64,000 nucleotides of DNA from Candidatus Bathyarchaeota archaeon (lineage in GTDB: Archaea; Thermoproteota; Bathyarchaeia; Bathyarchaeales; Bathycorpusculaceae), in the NCBI GenBank assembly GCA_963828195.1, contig CAWHDT010000008.1:136844-200843 (forward strand). Reading direction: 5' to 3'. Below the pieces are notes generated by a model. It did no database searches and was not told the DNA's origin. It saw nothing but the letters and a program-made list of their open reading frames with translations. The position numbers and the translations under genes were made by a program. Below are positions 48,617 through 61,724 of the stretch, in pieces (the first letter of the stretch is position 1; each line of letters begins with the position of its first letter).

Positions 48617-49075
48617 TTATGGAAAGCCTTCTATTAGGTCGTAGAGGTAAGCGTTCCACTCTGAGGATTCTTTCTCCAACATTTTAATTAGTTCAGCGAG
48701 AACCCTGTGATGTTTCCGCTCGTCATCCAAAATGTTTAAGATAACTTGTTTAACCTGCTTATTCTGTACGACTTTACTTATTTCCTCTGTTTGCTTTAAC
48801 ATAACGGCCTCTTCCGTTAAGTGGCGGGTAATCTCGGTTTTGCCAAGTTCTTTGCTTTCCTCACCGATAAGCGCAGTTGAATTCAAATCTATAAGCATTT
48901 GATAGGTTTCGGAGTGCTTTGTGGTGTCCAAAATTATGCTGTGAATCATAGTTTTAATAAGAGGATTTTTCGCGGCTTCATACAGGGGCATTAGACTCTT
49001 TGCGGTTTTATCCTCAAACTCTTTTTGCTTCTTTATTTTATTGAGAGTATTTTCATCTAATATTTCCCAAGACAA
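48617..49075 (-). CDS. Ferritin-like/rubrerythrin-type four-helix protein
   Basis: Two E...(D/E)xxH-like motifs (DTTKH, DERKH). Confidence 0.75.
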   Translation of the reverse strand: MSWEILDENTLNKIKKQKEFEDKTAKSLMPLYEAAKNPLIKTMIHSIILDTTKHSETYQMLIDLNSTALIGEESKELGKTEITRHLTEEAVMLKQTEEISKVVQNKQVKQVILNILDDERKHHRVLAELIKMLEKESSEWNAYLYDLIEGFP

Positions 49076-49155
49076 ACTGTTGACCTCATTAAACTTCTAT
49101 AAAAATAGCTTATTTAAGTTTCTGAATTGAGCAAATAAGCAAATCTTAAATCTAT

Positions 49156-50139
49156 TTGACAATAATAAGCAGTCAAGGAATGGGTAATATGGTAAATGTA
49201 CTTGACGGTATAGCAATTCTGGTGCTTTTAATTATAATTCTTTATGTATTTATTGTGTCGCTTCGAATTGTCAGGCCTACCGAAAAGGGCTTGGTGGAGC
49301 GGCTTGGCAAGTACCAGCGGTTTGTTGAAGGCGGCATAACTTTGCTCGTTCCCTTCGTAGATAAAATCATCAAAGTTAACGTCACCGAACGCATGACTCC
49401 AGTCCAGAGGCAAGACGTCATAACAAGAGATAAGGTCTTCATGGGTGTGGATGCCGTAGTGTTCTACAGAATCAAGCATGACGAGGCATCGGTTAAAGCT
49501 TCACAGTACAATGTGGCGAACTTTGCCGAACAAATAGACACACTTGCCCGAACTGTACTGAGGGACATTATAGGCGGCATGGACATGGCTATAGCTAACA
49601 CTTCAAGACCCACAATCAACGGCAGTCTCAAAACCGCTCTAGACGAGCAGACGGAAAAATGGGGAATTGAAATTGTCAGGGCAGAAATTAAAGATCTTGA
49701 GCCCCCGAGGGAACTCATCATATCCATGGAATCTGTCTTGAAAGCTGATAATGAGCGTCAAGCCGCCGAAAAAACCGCTATAGCACAAGCCACTTTGGCA
49801 AGCGGAGAAAAAAACGCGGCAATTCAAGTTGCTGAGGGGCAAAAGCAAGCTGCCATCCTTGAAGCGGAAGGGCAGAAATCCGCCACCGTAACAATTGCTG
49901 AAGGGGACGCCCAAGCGACCAAGTTGAGGAGCGAGGCTTTGACCACGTACTTCAAAGACAGCGCCATAGTGTCCAAACAACTAGATACGATTGCGGCGGC
50001 TTTGCAGAATAACACGAAGATAATTGTTCCCGAGGGGAAAGCTATCTCATTAATCCTTAACGAGCAGGAGAACCTTTCAAAAGCAACCATCATCCCTGTG
50101 ACGCTGCCACAGCAAAGGAAAGACAACAAACAAATGTAA
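49156..50139 (+). CDS. SPFH/band 7 (QmcA-like) membrane protein
   Basis: LVERLGKY, QDVITRD, WGIEIVRAEIKD, AEGQK repeats. Confidence 0.93.
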   Translation: MTIISSQGMGNMVNVLDGIAILVLLIIILYVFIVSLRIVRPTEKGLVERLGKYQRFVEGGITLLVPFVDKIIKVNVTERMTPVQRQDVITRDKVFMGVDAVVFYRIKHDEASVKASQYNVANFAEQIDTLARTVLRDIIGGMDMAIANTSRPTINGSLKTALDEQTEKWGIEIVRAEIKDLEPPRELIISMESVLKADNERQAAEKTAIAQATLASGEKNAAIQVAEGQKQAAILEAEGQKSATVTIAEGDAQATKLRSEALTTYFKDSAIVSKQLDTIAAALQNNTKIIVPEGKAISLILNEQENLSKATIIPVTLPQQRKDNKQM

Positions 50140-50188
50140 GCTTTTCTTCCTGCCTAACTGAAGGGTTGATAAGCTAATCCTTAAATAA

Positions 50189-52408
<2,220 letters not shown>

Positions 52409-52622
52409 CAAAGCTAGTGAAAGCAGTACAGCATAAGTAGCTCGCCCGGAACAAGAAGCCCGCAGCTGCATTACCTCTTTTCTTTTTTTAGACATGCTTA
52501 GGCTTAATTTTGTCTTTTTCAAGTCACCATTTTTTGAAGTGCTTGCGGAAAGAAGATTTTCAAAAAAGGACAGGAAAGAGATTAGTAAGAGCGAGTAATG
52601 CGTTTATCTTGAATAACAATCT

Positions 52623-52826
52623 ATGTGCCCTAGAGTTATCGTTAAAGAAAAAGCAGCAATTTTCATAGTGTCTACTGTCGTTCTAGTGTTGAGTTTGACT
52701 CTTTTGGAATTAAGGATTTTTAGTTTTCTCGGATTTCTCTTGGTTTTGCTGGTAATTTTTGTTGGTGCAAACTTGGCTTTTCGTTCCATTGATAGGCGAG
52801 GCAAAAATGCAGCGAAAACAGCCTAA
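52623..52826 (+). CDS. Small membrane protein
   Basis: Two TM helices and a basic tail. Confidence 0.45.
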   Translation: MCPRVIVKEKAAIFIVSTVVLVLSLTLLELRIFSFLGFLLVLLVIFVGANLAFRSIDRRGKNAAKTA

Positions 52827-53064
52827 CATTTCGGGGAAACATGCCAAATTACGATAAAAATAGGTTAAAATTAAGGTGACTTTAAAGTCGTTCAAGGTAA
52901 AAATTGACAAAAGCCTGTTGAAGTTTTTTGAAAGTCAACCAAAGCTACAATAATGCAACTATAAACAGGGAATTGGTAAGTTTTTAAAAATGTCTGCAAT
53001 CTGTTTTACGCATAATGCTTTAATAATTCAAGAAACAAATTAGGTGGTTATCGGGTAAATCGGC

Positions 53065-53301
53065 ATGGATTTTGGTGAAGCGTTAGAGTTCTCAAAAAAG
53101 TTTCGCACATGTCACCCCAAAGTATTCAAAGGCTTTACTGAGTGGGGCATTTACAATAGTAAAAACGATGGTTATGTTGTCCTAACCGACGTAACGTTAG
53201 CCGATGAACCACTGCCTATCCAATTAGAAGAGTATGTTAAGATCCATAAGCTAAGGGTAGATCACTTCAGGGATCACTTGATTATTTCCAGTGTCTGTTA
53301 A
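53065..53301 (+). CDS. Small hypothetical protein
   Basis: 78-aa ATG ORF with a TTTATAA box upstream. Confidence 0.55.
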   Translation: MDFGEALEFSKKFRTCHPKVFKGFTEWGIYNSKNDGYVVLTDVTLADEPLPIQLEEYVKIHKLRVDHFRDHLIISSVC

Positions 53302-53547
53302 GTTCCCACATTTTGGGTTCAATCCTACTAGACACTTAAAGACTTTTTTCCAAGCCGATTTTTGTCGGAATTCGATTTTAAGCCCTTATTTTTGAGCTCA
53401 AACCCAAACTTTCAATTTTTTAAAATGGTCGCCCGTGATTTCAAAAGGGGCCGGATCTTAAAAACGTGGCTTATCAGCAAAAGTACGAACTAAAAAAATA
53501 ATGGAAAAATTGAGTTATTAAAATCTAAATGGTTTTTCGCGAGTCTC

Positions 53548-53673
53548 TTATAGTCCATCTACTAGATGGGCTGTTCCGTCTGGGCAGTAGACACAATTAC
53601 CTTTCTCAACGACAAGGTAACGCCTAGTGCACGGTTTCATTTGGGAGCATCCGTCGCAATCTCTTGATAACAT
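53548..53673 (-). CDS. Cys-rich microprotein (41 aa)
   Basis: MLSRDCDGCSQMKPC...CVYCPDGTAH; GGAGG upstream of ATG 53673. Confidence 0.55.
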   Translation of the reverse strand: MLSRDCDGCSQMKPCTRRYLVVEKGNCVYCPDGTAHLVDGL

Positions 53674-53942
53674 TTCTTTTCCTCCTTTGTTACTGTGACT
53701 TTCTATCAGGGCAAGTTGAACGCACGTTCGCTGAACCGGTAGCCACCTGTTCGCATATGTTCTCTCTTGTCTCTGATGAAACTGCATAGCAATGACGAAG
53801 CATCTTTTAAACGTTATTGCGTTTGTTAAAGCAACTTTTATTATTCAAACCGAGGTGGCACAAAATTTTTTCGCGTCACAATCAGGTTTGGACAAAATCA
53901 AGTAAAATCAAGTTTATTATTTGGCAAAGTAAACTTTACTTG

Positions 53943-54308
53943 GTGGAGCCGTTGAACAATTACATCATCATACTGGTGACAGCGAAAGATAAGCAGGAAG
54001 CTGAAAAAATAACTCAAGCGCTTGTGAGTGAACGTTTGATTGCCTGCGGAAACATCGTTTACCCAGTTACTTCCTTTTTTCATTGGATTGGCAAAATTGA
54101 AAAGGCAGAGGAATGCTTGATTGTTATGAAATCGCGTGCGGATCTGTTTGCGCAGGTTGCTGAGCACGTGAAGCGTCTGCATAGTTATGAGGTTCCGGAG
54201 GTTCTTGCGTTGCCTCTTGTCGATGCGTCGAAGGCTTACCTGGACTGGATGCAAGCTTCACTCAAACCTCAAGCTTCCCCCTTTTCAGCTACATCACATC
54301 AAATGTAA
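53943..54308 (+). CDS. cutA: Divalent-cation tolerance protein CutA
   Basis: LIACGNI...SFFHWIGKIE...HSYEVPEVLALP...YLDW; start at GTG 53943 or TTG 53952. Confidence 0.93.
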   Translation: MEPLNNYIIILVTAKDKQEAEKITQALVSERLIACGNIVYPVTSFFHWIGKIEKAEECLIVMKSRADLFAQVAEHVKRLHSYEVPEVLALPLVDASKAYLDWMQASLKPQASPFSATSHQM

Positions 54309-54466
54309 AATAAATTAGGCACATGTGTTTTGCATCGTTCTTTGTTTACTGAAAAAATTGTATCTTTGACGGAACCTTAGATTAGTTGCATATGAGCAAG
54401 CGGGAGAACGAAAGCTTTAAATGGTTAGAGATTCCCGTTTTGGTTGAGGAAAGTTGAGGAGTAGTT

Positions 54467-55675
54467 ATGAAGGTTAAAGTTTGGAAGGTTTTAAGTTTAA
54501 TAATTATTGCGATATTTGCGTTATCAACACTCAGCATGGTTCATGCCGCTGTCACACAACTTCCAACACCACCCACCATATCTAGTGGGGGAGTTGGTGA
54601 ATACTTAGCTTATGATTCTAGCTTAGGAGAGATATACTCAACTAACGGAGAATCAGCCAACACCGTCTCAGTAATATCGGACAGCTCAAGCACCCTTGTT
54701 ACAACCGTAACCGTGGGAGTCGATCCGGTAGGCATAGCTTATGATGCAGGGAAAGGAGAAATGTTCGTAATTAATGATGAAAACTCCGGCTCCTCCGGCG
54801 TCAACAGTACTGTTTCAGTCATACAAGACAGTTCAAACAACGTTCTCGCAACCGTAACAATAGGAATGGGCGCCCAGACAGGCATAGCTTATGACTCCAA
54901 CAAAGGAGAAGTATTCGTAGCTAATGGCGATGGCACCGTTTCCGTCATATCGGACAGCTCAAACACTGTAGTTGCAACCGTGACCGTGGGAAACAGTCCG
55001 TGGGGAGTAGCCTACGATTCCGCAAAAAACGAAGTCTTCGTAACCAATGAGGCAGACAGCTCTGTTTCAGTCATATCGGACAGCAATAACCAAGTGGGTG
55101 CAACCATAACAGGTTCAATTAGCGCTCCTGAAGGCATAGCCTTTGACTCTGCCAAGGACGAGATGTTCCTAGCAGATTGGGATGCCGCTTCTTTCTCCGT
55201 TATATCAGACAAGAACAATGACGTAGTTACAACCGTGGATATGTCGCTTGCAGACGATGCAGCTGGAGACCCCACCGCTGTTGCTTATGATTCCGCCAAA
55301 GGCGAAGTATTTGTAGCATGTCCAGGAGGCAGCCTCCAAGTCATATCGGACAGCAATAACGCCGTGGTTTCATATATCGCCTTGGGCAGCGGCTTAGCTG
55401 CAGAAGGAGTGGCTTATGATTCTGGCAAGGGAGAAACATTTGTAGGCACTTACAACAGCGTGCTTGCCGTCATAGCGGACTCCGCCAGCACATCTTCGCC
55501 CACAGCCACAGCGTCTGAAGCCCCAACTTCAACGCCCTCGTCAACCACTACTTCGTCAGCTACATCTTCGCCAGCGGTACCTGAGTTCAGCAGTGTAGCA
55601 TTCGTTTCCGTCGCGGCTGCTATGGTAGTTGTGACTTTAAGTGCAGTTGCCATTCGCAGGAAAAATCAGAAATAA
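54467..55675 (+). CDS. YncE/YVTN-type beta-propeller surface protein with PEF-CTERM anchor
   Basis: AYDS.KGE.FV repeats, S/T-rich linker, VPEFS + TM helix + RRK; paralog of 4358..5479. Confidence 0.88.
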   Translation: MKVKVWKVLSLIIIAIFALSTLSMVHAAVTQLPTPPTISSGGVGEYLAYDSSLGEIYSTNGESANTVSVISDSSSTLVTTVTVGVDPVGIAYDAGKGEMFVINDENSGSSGVNSTVSVIQDSSNNVLATVTIGMGAQTGIAYDSNKGEVFVANGDGTVSVISDSSNTVVATVTVGNSPWGVAYDSAKNEVFVTNEADSSVSVISDSNNQVGATITGSISAPEGIAFDSAKDEMFLADWDAASFSVISDKNNDVVTTVDMSLADDAAGDPTAVAYDSAKGEVFVACPGGSLQVISDSNNAVVSYIALGSGLAAEGVAYDSGKGETFVGTYNSVLAVIADSASTSSPTATASEAPTSTPSSTTTSSATSSPAVPEFSSVAFVSVAAAMVVVTLSAVAIRRKNQK

Positions 55676-55837
55676 ATCGTTCTGGTCTTTAGACGCGCGA
55701 TGCGCGTTTCTTTTTTTTGTTTATTTTGTATTTTTCTGCAATTGTTGTGCTTATCAAACCTTAATGTACATTTCAGTGCAGATAAGCCTTAAATAATACA
55801 TTCGTGTATGTTTCTGAACTGTACGGAAGCCTGAAAA

Positions 55838-57254
55838 ATGGGGAATCGCCTTTGGCACAAGCACAACAACCCAAACAAAACCATCTAACTCCTTAAAAAT
55901 CATAAAAATCCACCTTACACAACAACCCCTCGAAATATTCTCAAAACTCCAAAAACAATACAAAACCACCTACCTTCTCGAATCAATCGAAGGACCAAAA
56001 AAACTCGCCCAATACTCATTCATCGGCTTTGACCCAAAAATCAACATCCAAACCAAAAACGGCAAAGCCCAAATCAAAAACGAAAAAAACGGTGAAGTAA
56101 CCCTGCAGAAAACGAGCGATCCACTGCAGCTCGTAGAAAGCCTCCTCAAAGCTGATGCAATCGCAAACGGCGAATTCAGATTCGTAGGTGGAGCTGTTGG
56201 CTACATTTCTTATGATGCGGTGCGTTATTGGGAAAAACTGCCTGAGCATAGCCTGGCTGACGTGAATTTTCCCGACTTGGAAATGGGCATATTTGATGAC
56301 GGTTTCATCTTTAACCATGTGCAGCGGCAAGCCTTCTACTATTACCGAAGCGAGAACCGTTTACCCTCAGTTGAAAGCCTACTTAAGCAACCAACCGTTT
56401 CTGAAGAATTATCCTACACTGAGCCTAAGGTGAACACTAAAAAAGAAAACTATGAAAAAGCGGTGGAGAAAGCAAAAGAATACGTGACTGCAGGAGACAT
56501 TTTCCAAGTTGTTTTGTCCAAGCGCTACCAATTCCAAATAGACGGCGAACTGATTCCGTTTTATCAGTCTCTCCGCGCCATCAACCCTTCCCCCTACATG
56601 TACTTTTACAAGTCAGGCGATCGGCAAATCGTTGGTTCCAGCCCAGAAATGCTCGTTCGAGTTGAAAACAGAACCGTGGAAACGTTTCCCATTGCAGGAA
56701 CAAGAGCAGCCGTTGAAGACACCGTTGAAAACAAAAAATTAGCTTGCGAGTTGCTAGCTGATCCGAAAGAGCGGGCTGAACACGTGATGCTTGTAGATTT
56801 GGCACGCAACGACATCGGAAAAATCTCGAAATACGGCAGCGTTCATGTGCCCGAGTTCATGAAAGTGCATCGGTACAGCCATGTGCAACATATTGTTTCG
56901 CAGGTTGTAGGCGAGCTTAGAGAAAACTTGCAAAGCTACGATGCCCTTCGCGCAGTTTTTCCCGCCGGCACGGTTTCCGGGGCACCAAAAGTGCGAGCCA
57001 TGGAAATCATCGACGAGCTTGAACCAGCCAGACGTGGACCCTACGCTGGAGCAGTAGGCTACTTTTCCTACAACGGCAACGCCGACTTTGCCATAACCAT
57101 CCGCACCCTCTTCGCCGACAAGAATCAAGCCTATATTCAAGCCGGCGCCGGAATCGTGGCTGATTCAGTTCCAGAAACAGAATGGTTCGAAACAGACCAC
57201 AAAGCAAAAGCGCTGATGCAGGCGCTTGCGCAATCTGGAGGCGCGAAACCGTGA
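55838..57254 (+). CDS. trpE: Anthranilate synthase component I (start codon out of frame; +1 shift needed near 55840-55855)
   Basis: Frame is open from 55818 with YLLESIEGPKKLAQYSFIGFDP, GGAVGYISYD, NPSPYM, EHVMLVDLARND and GTVSGAPK; no in-frame ATG/GTG/TTG before 56220. Confidence 0.93.
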
Positions 57255-57841
57255 AAGTGGTGGTTATTGACAATTATGATTCGTTCGTTTACAACCTTGT
57301 CCAGTATATAGGCGAACAAGGCGCCGAGGTCATTGTTTACAGAAACGACCAAGTTACACTAGAGCAGTTAACCAAGCTTAAACCTGACAGAATCGTGATT
57401 TCGCCAGGTCCGGGTAATCCTGAAGACGAACGGTACTTTGGCGTCTGCAAAAAAATCCTTCAAACCCTAAGTCCCAGAGTTCCCACTTTAGGCGTCTGCT
57501 TAGGCCACCAAGGAATAATCCATGTCTATGGCGGAAAAGTCATCCATGCCAAAAACCTCATGCATGGAAAAACCTGCACAATAAAACATGACCAAAAAGG
57601 CATCTTCACAGGCGTACGCAACCCCTTTACAGCTACAAGGTACCATTCACTTGCCGGCGAACGATGCTCCATTCCAGCTTGCTTAGAAATAACGGCAGAA
57701 TGCATCGAAGACGGCGAAATCATGGCTGTTCGGCACGTAAAGTTCCCGATTGATGGCGTGCAATTTCATCCTGAATCCATCCTTTGTGAAGACGGCAAAA
57801 TCATCATCAAAAACTTCTTGGATGGGAGGCGCCAGCGGTGA
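57251..57841 (+). CDS. trpG: Anthranilate synthase component II (glutamine amidotransferase)
   Basis: IDNYDSF, SPGPG, GVCLGHQ, QFHPES; GTG overlaps the trpE stop. Confidence 0.97.
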   Translation: MKVVVIDNYDSFVYNLVQYIGEQGAEVIVYRNDQVTLEQLTKLKPDRIVISPGPGNPEDERYFGVCKKILQTLSPRVPTLGVCLGHQGIIHVYGGKVIHAKNLMHGKTCTIKHDQKGIFTGVRNPFTATRYHSLAGERCSIPACLEITAECIEDGEIMAVRHVKFPIDGVQFHPESILCEDGKIIIKNFLDGRRQR

Positions 57842-58899
57842 TTAGGGAAGGTATACAGAAACTTATCGAGGGCTTCAGCCTGACAAGCTGCGAATCAGAT
57901 GAAATCATGAGGGAAGTTATTTCGGGTAAAGCAACCAATTCGCAGACAGCGGCTTTCTTAACTGCGCTGCGGATGAAGGGGGAAGAAGTTGAGGAACTCA
58001 TCGCTTTTGCCTCTGTTATGCGTGAGCACAGCAGCCAAATACACCCCCATGTGCTGGGTCGGCTAGTGGATACTTGCGGGACAGGCGGAGACAAAATAAA
58101 AACCTTCAACGTCAGCACAACCGCAGCCTTTGTCATTGCAGGCGCTGGCGTTGCCGTCGCCAAACATGGAAATAGGGCTGTAACCAGCAAAAGCGGAAGC
58201 GCTGATGTACTGGAACAGCTCGGTCTCAACCTGAACTTGGAGCCAAAATCAGTAGAGGCTATCATTGAGAACGTCGGCATAGGCTTCATGTTTGCTCCAG
58301 CTTTCAATCCAGCCATGAAATACGCGGTTGAGCCGCGGCGCGAAATTGGCATTCGAACAGTATTCAATCTTCTTGGACCCTTAACTAATCCAGCAGGTGC
58401 AAACGCGCAATTACTCGGAGTTTATGACGCTAAACTAACTGCGCCGATGGCTTATGCCCTGCAGCGGCTTGGCTGTGAAGAAGCCATGGTTGTCCACGGA
58501 TTAGATGGCTTAGATGAAGTGTCAACTGTCGGCAAAACCGCCATCGCGCATTTAAGAAATGGCGGAGTCACGGAAATTGAAGTTTCCCCTGAAGATTTTG
58601 GGGTAAAAACCGCCTGCGTAGCCGATTTAAACGTGGCGACGCTTGAAGAAAGCGCTGAGGTTCTATTTCAAATTCTCAGCGGCAACCTCACTCACGGGGA
58701 CCCTAAAATGGAGTTTGTGCTTGTTAACAGTGTTGCAGGAATAATGGTTGGTGGAAAAGCGGTGGATTTTGAAGGCGGGATGGAGATGGCTCGAGAATCA
58801 ATAGACAGCGGTGCTGCTTACAAAAAACTTAAAAATTTAATTAAGGCGTCAGACGGAGATTTATCGAAGCTTGAGGAGTTGGAAGCGAAGTATGAGTGA
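57838..58899 (+). CDS. trpD: Anthranilate phosphoribosyltransferase
   Basis: DTCGTGGD, KHGNR, GSADVLE, LGPLTNP. Confidence 0.98.
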   Translation: MIREGIQKLIEGFSLTSCESDEIMREVISGKATNSQTAAFLTALRMKGEEVEELIAFASVMREHSSQIHPHVLGRLVDTCGTGGDKIKTFNVSTTAAFVIAGAGVAVAKHGNRAVTSKSGSADVLEQLGLNLNLEPKSVEAIIENVGIGFMFAPAFNPAMKYAVEPRREIGIRTVFNLLGPLTNPAGANAQLLGVYDAKLTAPMAYALQRLGCEEAMVVHGLDGLDEVSTVGKTAIAHLRNGGVTEIEVSPEDFGVKTACVADLNVATLEESAEVLFQILSGNLTHGDPKMEFVLVNSVAGIMVGGKAVDFEGGMEMARESIDSGAAYKKLKNLIKASDGDLSKLEELEAKYE

Positions 58900-59671
58900 T
58901 TTTCTTGATGTGCTGGCGCGTGTTGCCCAGATAACAATTGAGAGTGAGTATTATGAAACAGTAAAGAAAGCAGACATCATGCCCATCAGTTTAAAAGCGG
59001 CAATTTTAAGCTGCAAAGCCGTCCCCATTATCGCTGAAATCAAGTCTGCTTCGCCGTCAGCCGGCGTGATTAGAAAAGACGTGGAGCCAGGCGAAATTGC
59101 TGAGGCGATGCAAAAGGGCGGCGCAACAGCCTTATCTGTGTTAACGGAGCCTAAACAGTTCAGCGGCTCTTTAGAAGCGTTAGCCCAAGCCCGAGAAGCG
59201 GTGAATCTGCCCATTCTCATGAAAGATATAATCTTGAGCCCCATACAAATCCAAGCGGCTTCGAAAATGGGCGCCAACGCCGTTTTACTGATTAAGGCGC
59301 TTTTTGACAGAGGCTACAGCGACAAGAGCCTCGACGAAATGATAACAGGAGCGCATATGCTGGGTCTAGAGGTTTTGCTTGAAACCCACACTGAAACAGA
59401 GTTTTGCACGGCAGCCAAAACAAGCGCTGATTTAATAGGCATAAATAACCGCGACCTCGGAACATTAAAAGTAGATTTGAACGTGACAAAAAAAATTCTC
59501 TCAAAAAACGGCGCAAACGGAAAATTGGTTGTTAGCGAAAGCGGAATAAATACTGCCGCAGACATCCGGTTCCTCCGTGAAAGTGGTGCGTGCGCCTTCC
59601 TAGTCGGATCAGCCATAATGTCAAGCGTTAACGTTGAAGAAAAAGTTAAGGAGTTCGTGAACGCAAAATGA
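58892..59671 (+). CDS. trpC: Indole-3-glycerol phosphate synthase
   Basis: [29 protein letters not shown]. Confidence 0.97.
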   Translation: MSDFLDVLARVAQITIESEYYETVKKADIMPISLKAAILSCKAVPIIAEIKSASPSAGVIRKDVEPGEIAEAMQKGGATALSVLTEPKQFSGSLEALAQAREAVNLPILMKDIILSPIQIQAASKMGANAVLLIKALFDRGYSDKSLDEMITGAHMLGLEVLLETHTETEFCTAAKTSADLIGINNRDLGTLKVDLNVTKKILSKNGANGKLVVSESGINTAADIRFLRESGACAFLVGSAIMSSVNVEEKVKEFVNAK

Positions 59672-60864
59672 AAGTAAGCAGTTACCCCGTGGACGGAAAA
59701 TACGGGAAATATGGCGGTCGCTTCGTTCCAGAAGTTCTGATGGAGGCGATCAAGGAACTGGAAGAAGCCTACGAGCAAGCGCGCAAAGACCCGACTTTCC
59801 AAAAGGAACTTGATTATTATCTTGCAGAGTTCGTTGGAAGACCCACACCGCTGTATTACGCTGCTAACTTGACGCGTAAGCTGGGCGGCGCCAAAATTTA
59901 CCTTAAACGGGAAGACTTAGCCCACGGCGGAGCACACAAAATAAACAACACAATCGGGCAAGCGCTTCTTGCTAAACGAATGGGAAAAACCCGCGTTATC
60001 GCTGAAACGGGGGCGGGTCAACACGGCGTTGCCACAGCCATTGCATGCGCTGCCCTTGGCTTAAAAGCTGAAGTTTACATGGGCACAGAAGATTGTGAAA
60101 GGCAGCGGCTTAATGTTTTTCGGATGAAACTGTTAAACGCAGAAGTGCATCCTGTGGAAACGGGTTCCAAAACGCTCAAGGACTCCATTAACGAGGCATT
60201 CCGCGATTGGGTAACAAACCTTGAAAGCACCTATTACCTAATCGGTTCAGTTGTTGGTCCCCACCCGTACCCGATGATTGTCCGCGATTTCCAAAGCGTA
60301 ATTGGCAAAGAACTCAAAGCGCAATTCCACAAAAAAGAAGGCAACCTGCCCGATGCGCTTGTTGCTTGTGTAGGCGGCGGAAGCAACGCAATAGGCACCT
60401 TCCACCCCTTCGAAGACGATGCTGACGTCAAATTTTTTGGTGTTGAAGCCGCTGGAGAAGGTTTGGAAACAGGCAAACACGCCGCCTCCCTTGGCGCAGG
60501 AGCAGAAGGCGTCTTCCACGGCATGCTAACCTACGTTCTCCAAGACAGCAATGGACAAATCCAGAACACAAGCAGCATATCTGCGGGTTTAGACTATCCC
60601 GGCGTTGGACCTGAACATTCTTTTCTTAAAACCCTCAAGAGAGCGCAGTACGTTTCAGCCACGGATAAAGAAGCCGTGGACGCTTTTCTTACTTTGTCCC
60701 GAGAGGAGGGTATCTTGCCTGCATTAGAATCCTCGCATGCGGTCGCTTACGCCATGAAACTTGCGCCTCAAATGAAGAAAACCCAGTCGATCGTGGTGAC
60801 ATTGTCGGGGCGGGGAGACAAAGACGTTGAAACTATAGCGGACTACATCGGAGCCAAAATATGA
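59668..60864 (+). CDS. trpB: Tryptophan synthase beta chain (TrpB1 type)
   Basis: [47 protein letters not shown]. Confidence 0.99.
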   Translation: MKVSSYPVDGKYGKYGGRFVPEVLMEAIKELEEAYEQARKDPTFQKELDYYLAEFVGRPTPLYYAANLTRKLGGAKIYLKREDLAHGGAHKINNTIGQALLAKRMGKTRVIAETGAGQHGVATAIACAALGLKAEVYMGTEDCERQRLNVFRMKLLNAEVHPVETGSKTLKDSINEAFRDWVTNLESTYYLIGSVVGPHPYPMIVRDFQSVIGKELKAQFHKKEGNLPDALVACVGGGSNAIGTFHPFEDDADVKFFGVEAAGEGLETGKHAASLGAGAEGVFHGMLTYVLQDSNGQIQNTSSISAGLDYPGVGPEHSFLKTLKRAQYVSATDKEAVDAFLTLSREEGILPALESSHAVAYAMKLAPQMKKTQSIVVTLSGRGDKDVETIADYIGAKI

Positions 60865-61724
60865 ATACCATAAGCGAGGCGTTCCTAAGAGCAAAGAAGC
60901 AGGGAAACGGCGCACTCATCGGATACATTATGGCTGGAGACCCCAAACCCGAATTAACCGCGAAAATTGCTGACGCCCTGATCAAAGGCGGCGTAGACAT
61001 TCTTGAGTTGGGTTTGCCTTTCTCTGACCCCATCGCTGATGGACCCACTATCCAAGCCGCGGGCGTACGTGCCTTAGCTGCTGGAACCACCCCCATTCAA
61101 GTGCTGGAAATCGCTAAGCAAATACGGCAAAGCCACGACGTGCCAATTGTAATAATGACTTATTATAACCCCGTGTTCAGAATGGGGCTGGAGAAGTTTT
61201 TCGGTTTAGCCAAGGATTGCTTGGTTGATGGCGTCATCGTTCCCGACTTACCGGTTGAAGAAGCAGGCGACCACAAGAAAGCCGCAAGCAAGTTCGGCAT
61301 CGACACGATCTTTCTAGCTGCACCTTCAACTTCTGATGAACGACTTGCAAAAATAGTTGAGTGTTCATCAGGTTTTCTGTATCTTGTTTCCCACTTCGGC
61401 GTCACAGGCGCACAGGCAAAACTGGAAGACTCAACTATTGAGCTTGTCAAGCGTGTTTTGCCATTTACTTCGGGCAAGATTCCGTTGGCGGTTGGGTTTG
61501 GCGTCTCAAAGCCCGAGCACGTAAAACGCATCATTGAGGCAGGGGCTGACGGCGTAATCGTCGGAAGCGCTTTCGTTAACCTAGTTAAAACGCATCAGGA
61601 AACCACCGATGTTCTCCTCAAAAAGCTGCAAGCAACGGCTTCTGAACTTAAAAAAGCAACAAAAACTCATCGAATAGCCTTAGCAATCCATAAAGAGGCA
61701 AGCGTTGAAGAAATCGCAAAATAA
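60861..61724 (+). CDS. trpA: Tryptophan synthase alpha chain (with a short C-terminal extension)
   Basis: [35 protein letters not shown]. Confidence 0.98.
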   Translation: MNTISEAFLRAKKQGNGALIGYIMAGDPKPELTAKIADALIKGGVDILELGLPFSDPIADGPTIQAAGVRALAAGTTPIQVLEIAKQIRQSHDVPIVIMTYYNPVFRMGLEKFFGLAKDCLVDGVIVPDLPVEEAGDHKKAASKFGIDTIFLAAPSTSDERLAKIVECSSGFLYLVSHFGVTGAQAKLEDSTIELVKRVLPFTSGKIPLAVGFGVSKPEHVKRIIEAGADGVIVGSAFVNLVKTHQETTDVLLKKLQATASELKKATKTHRIALAIHKEASVEEIAK

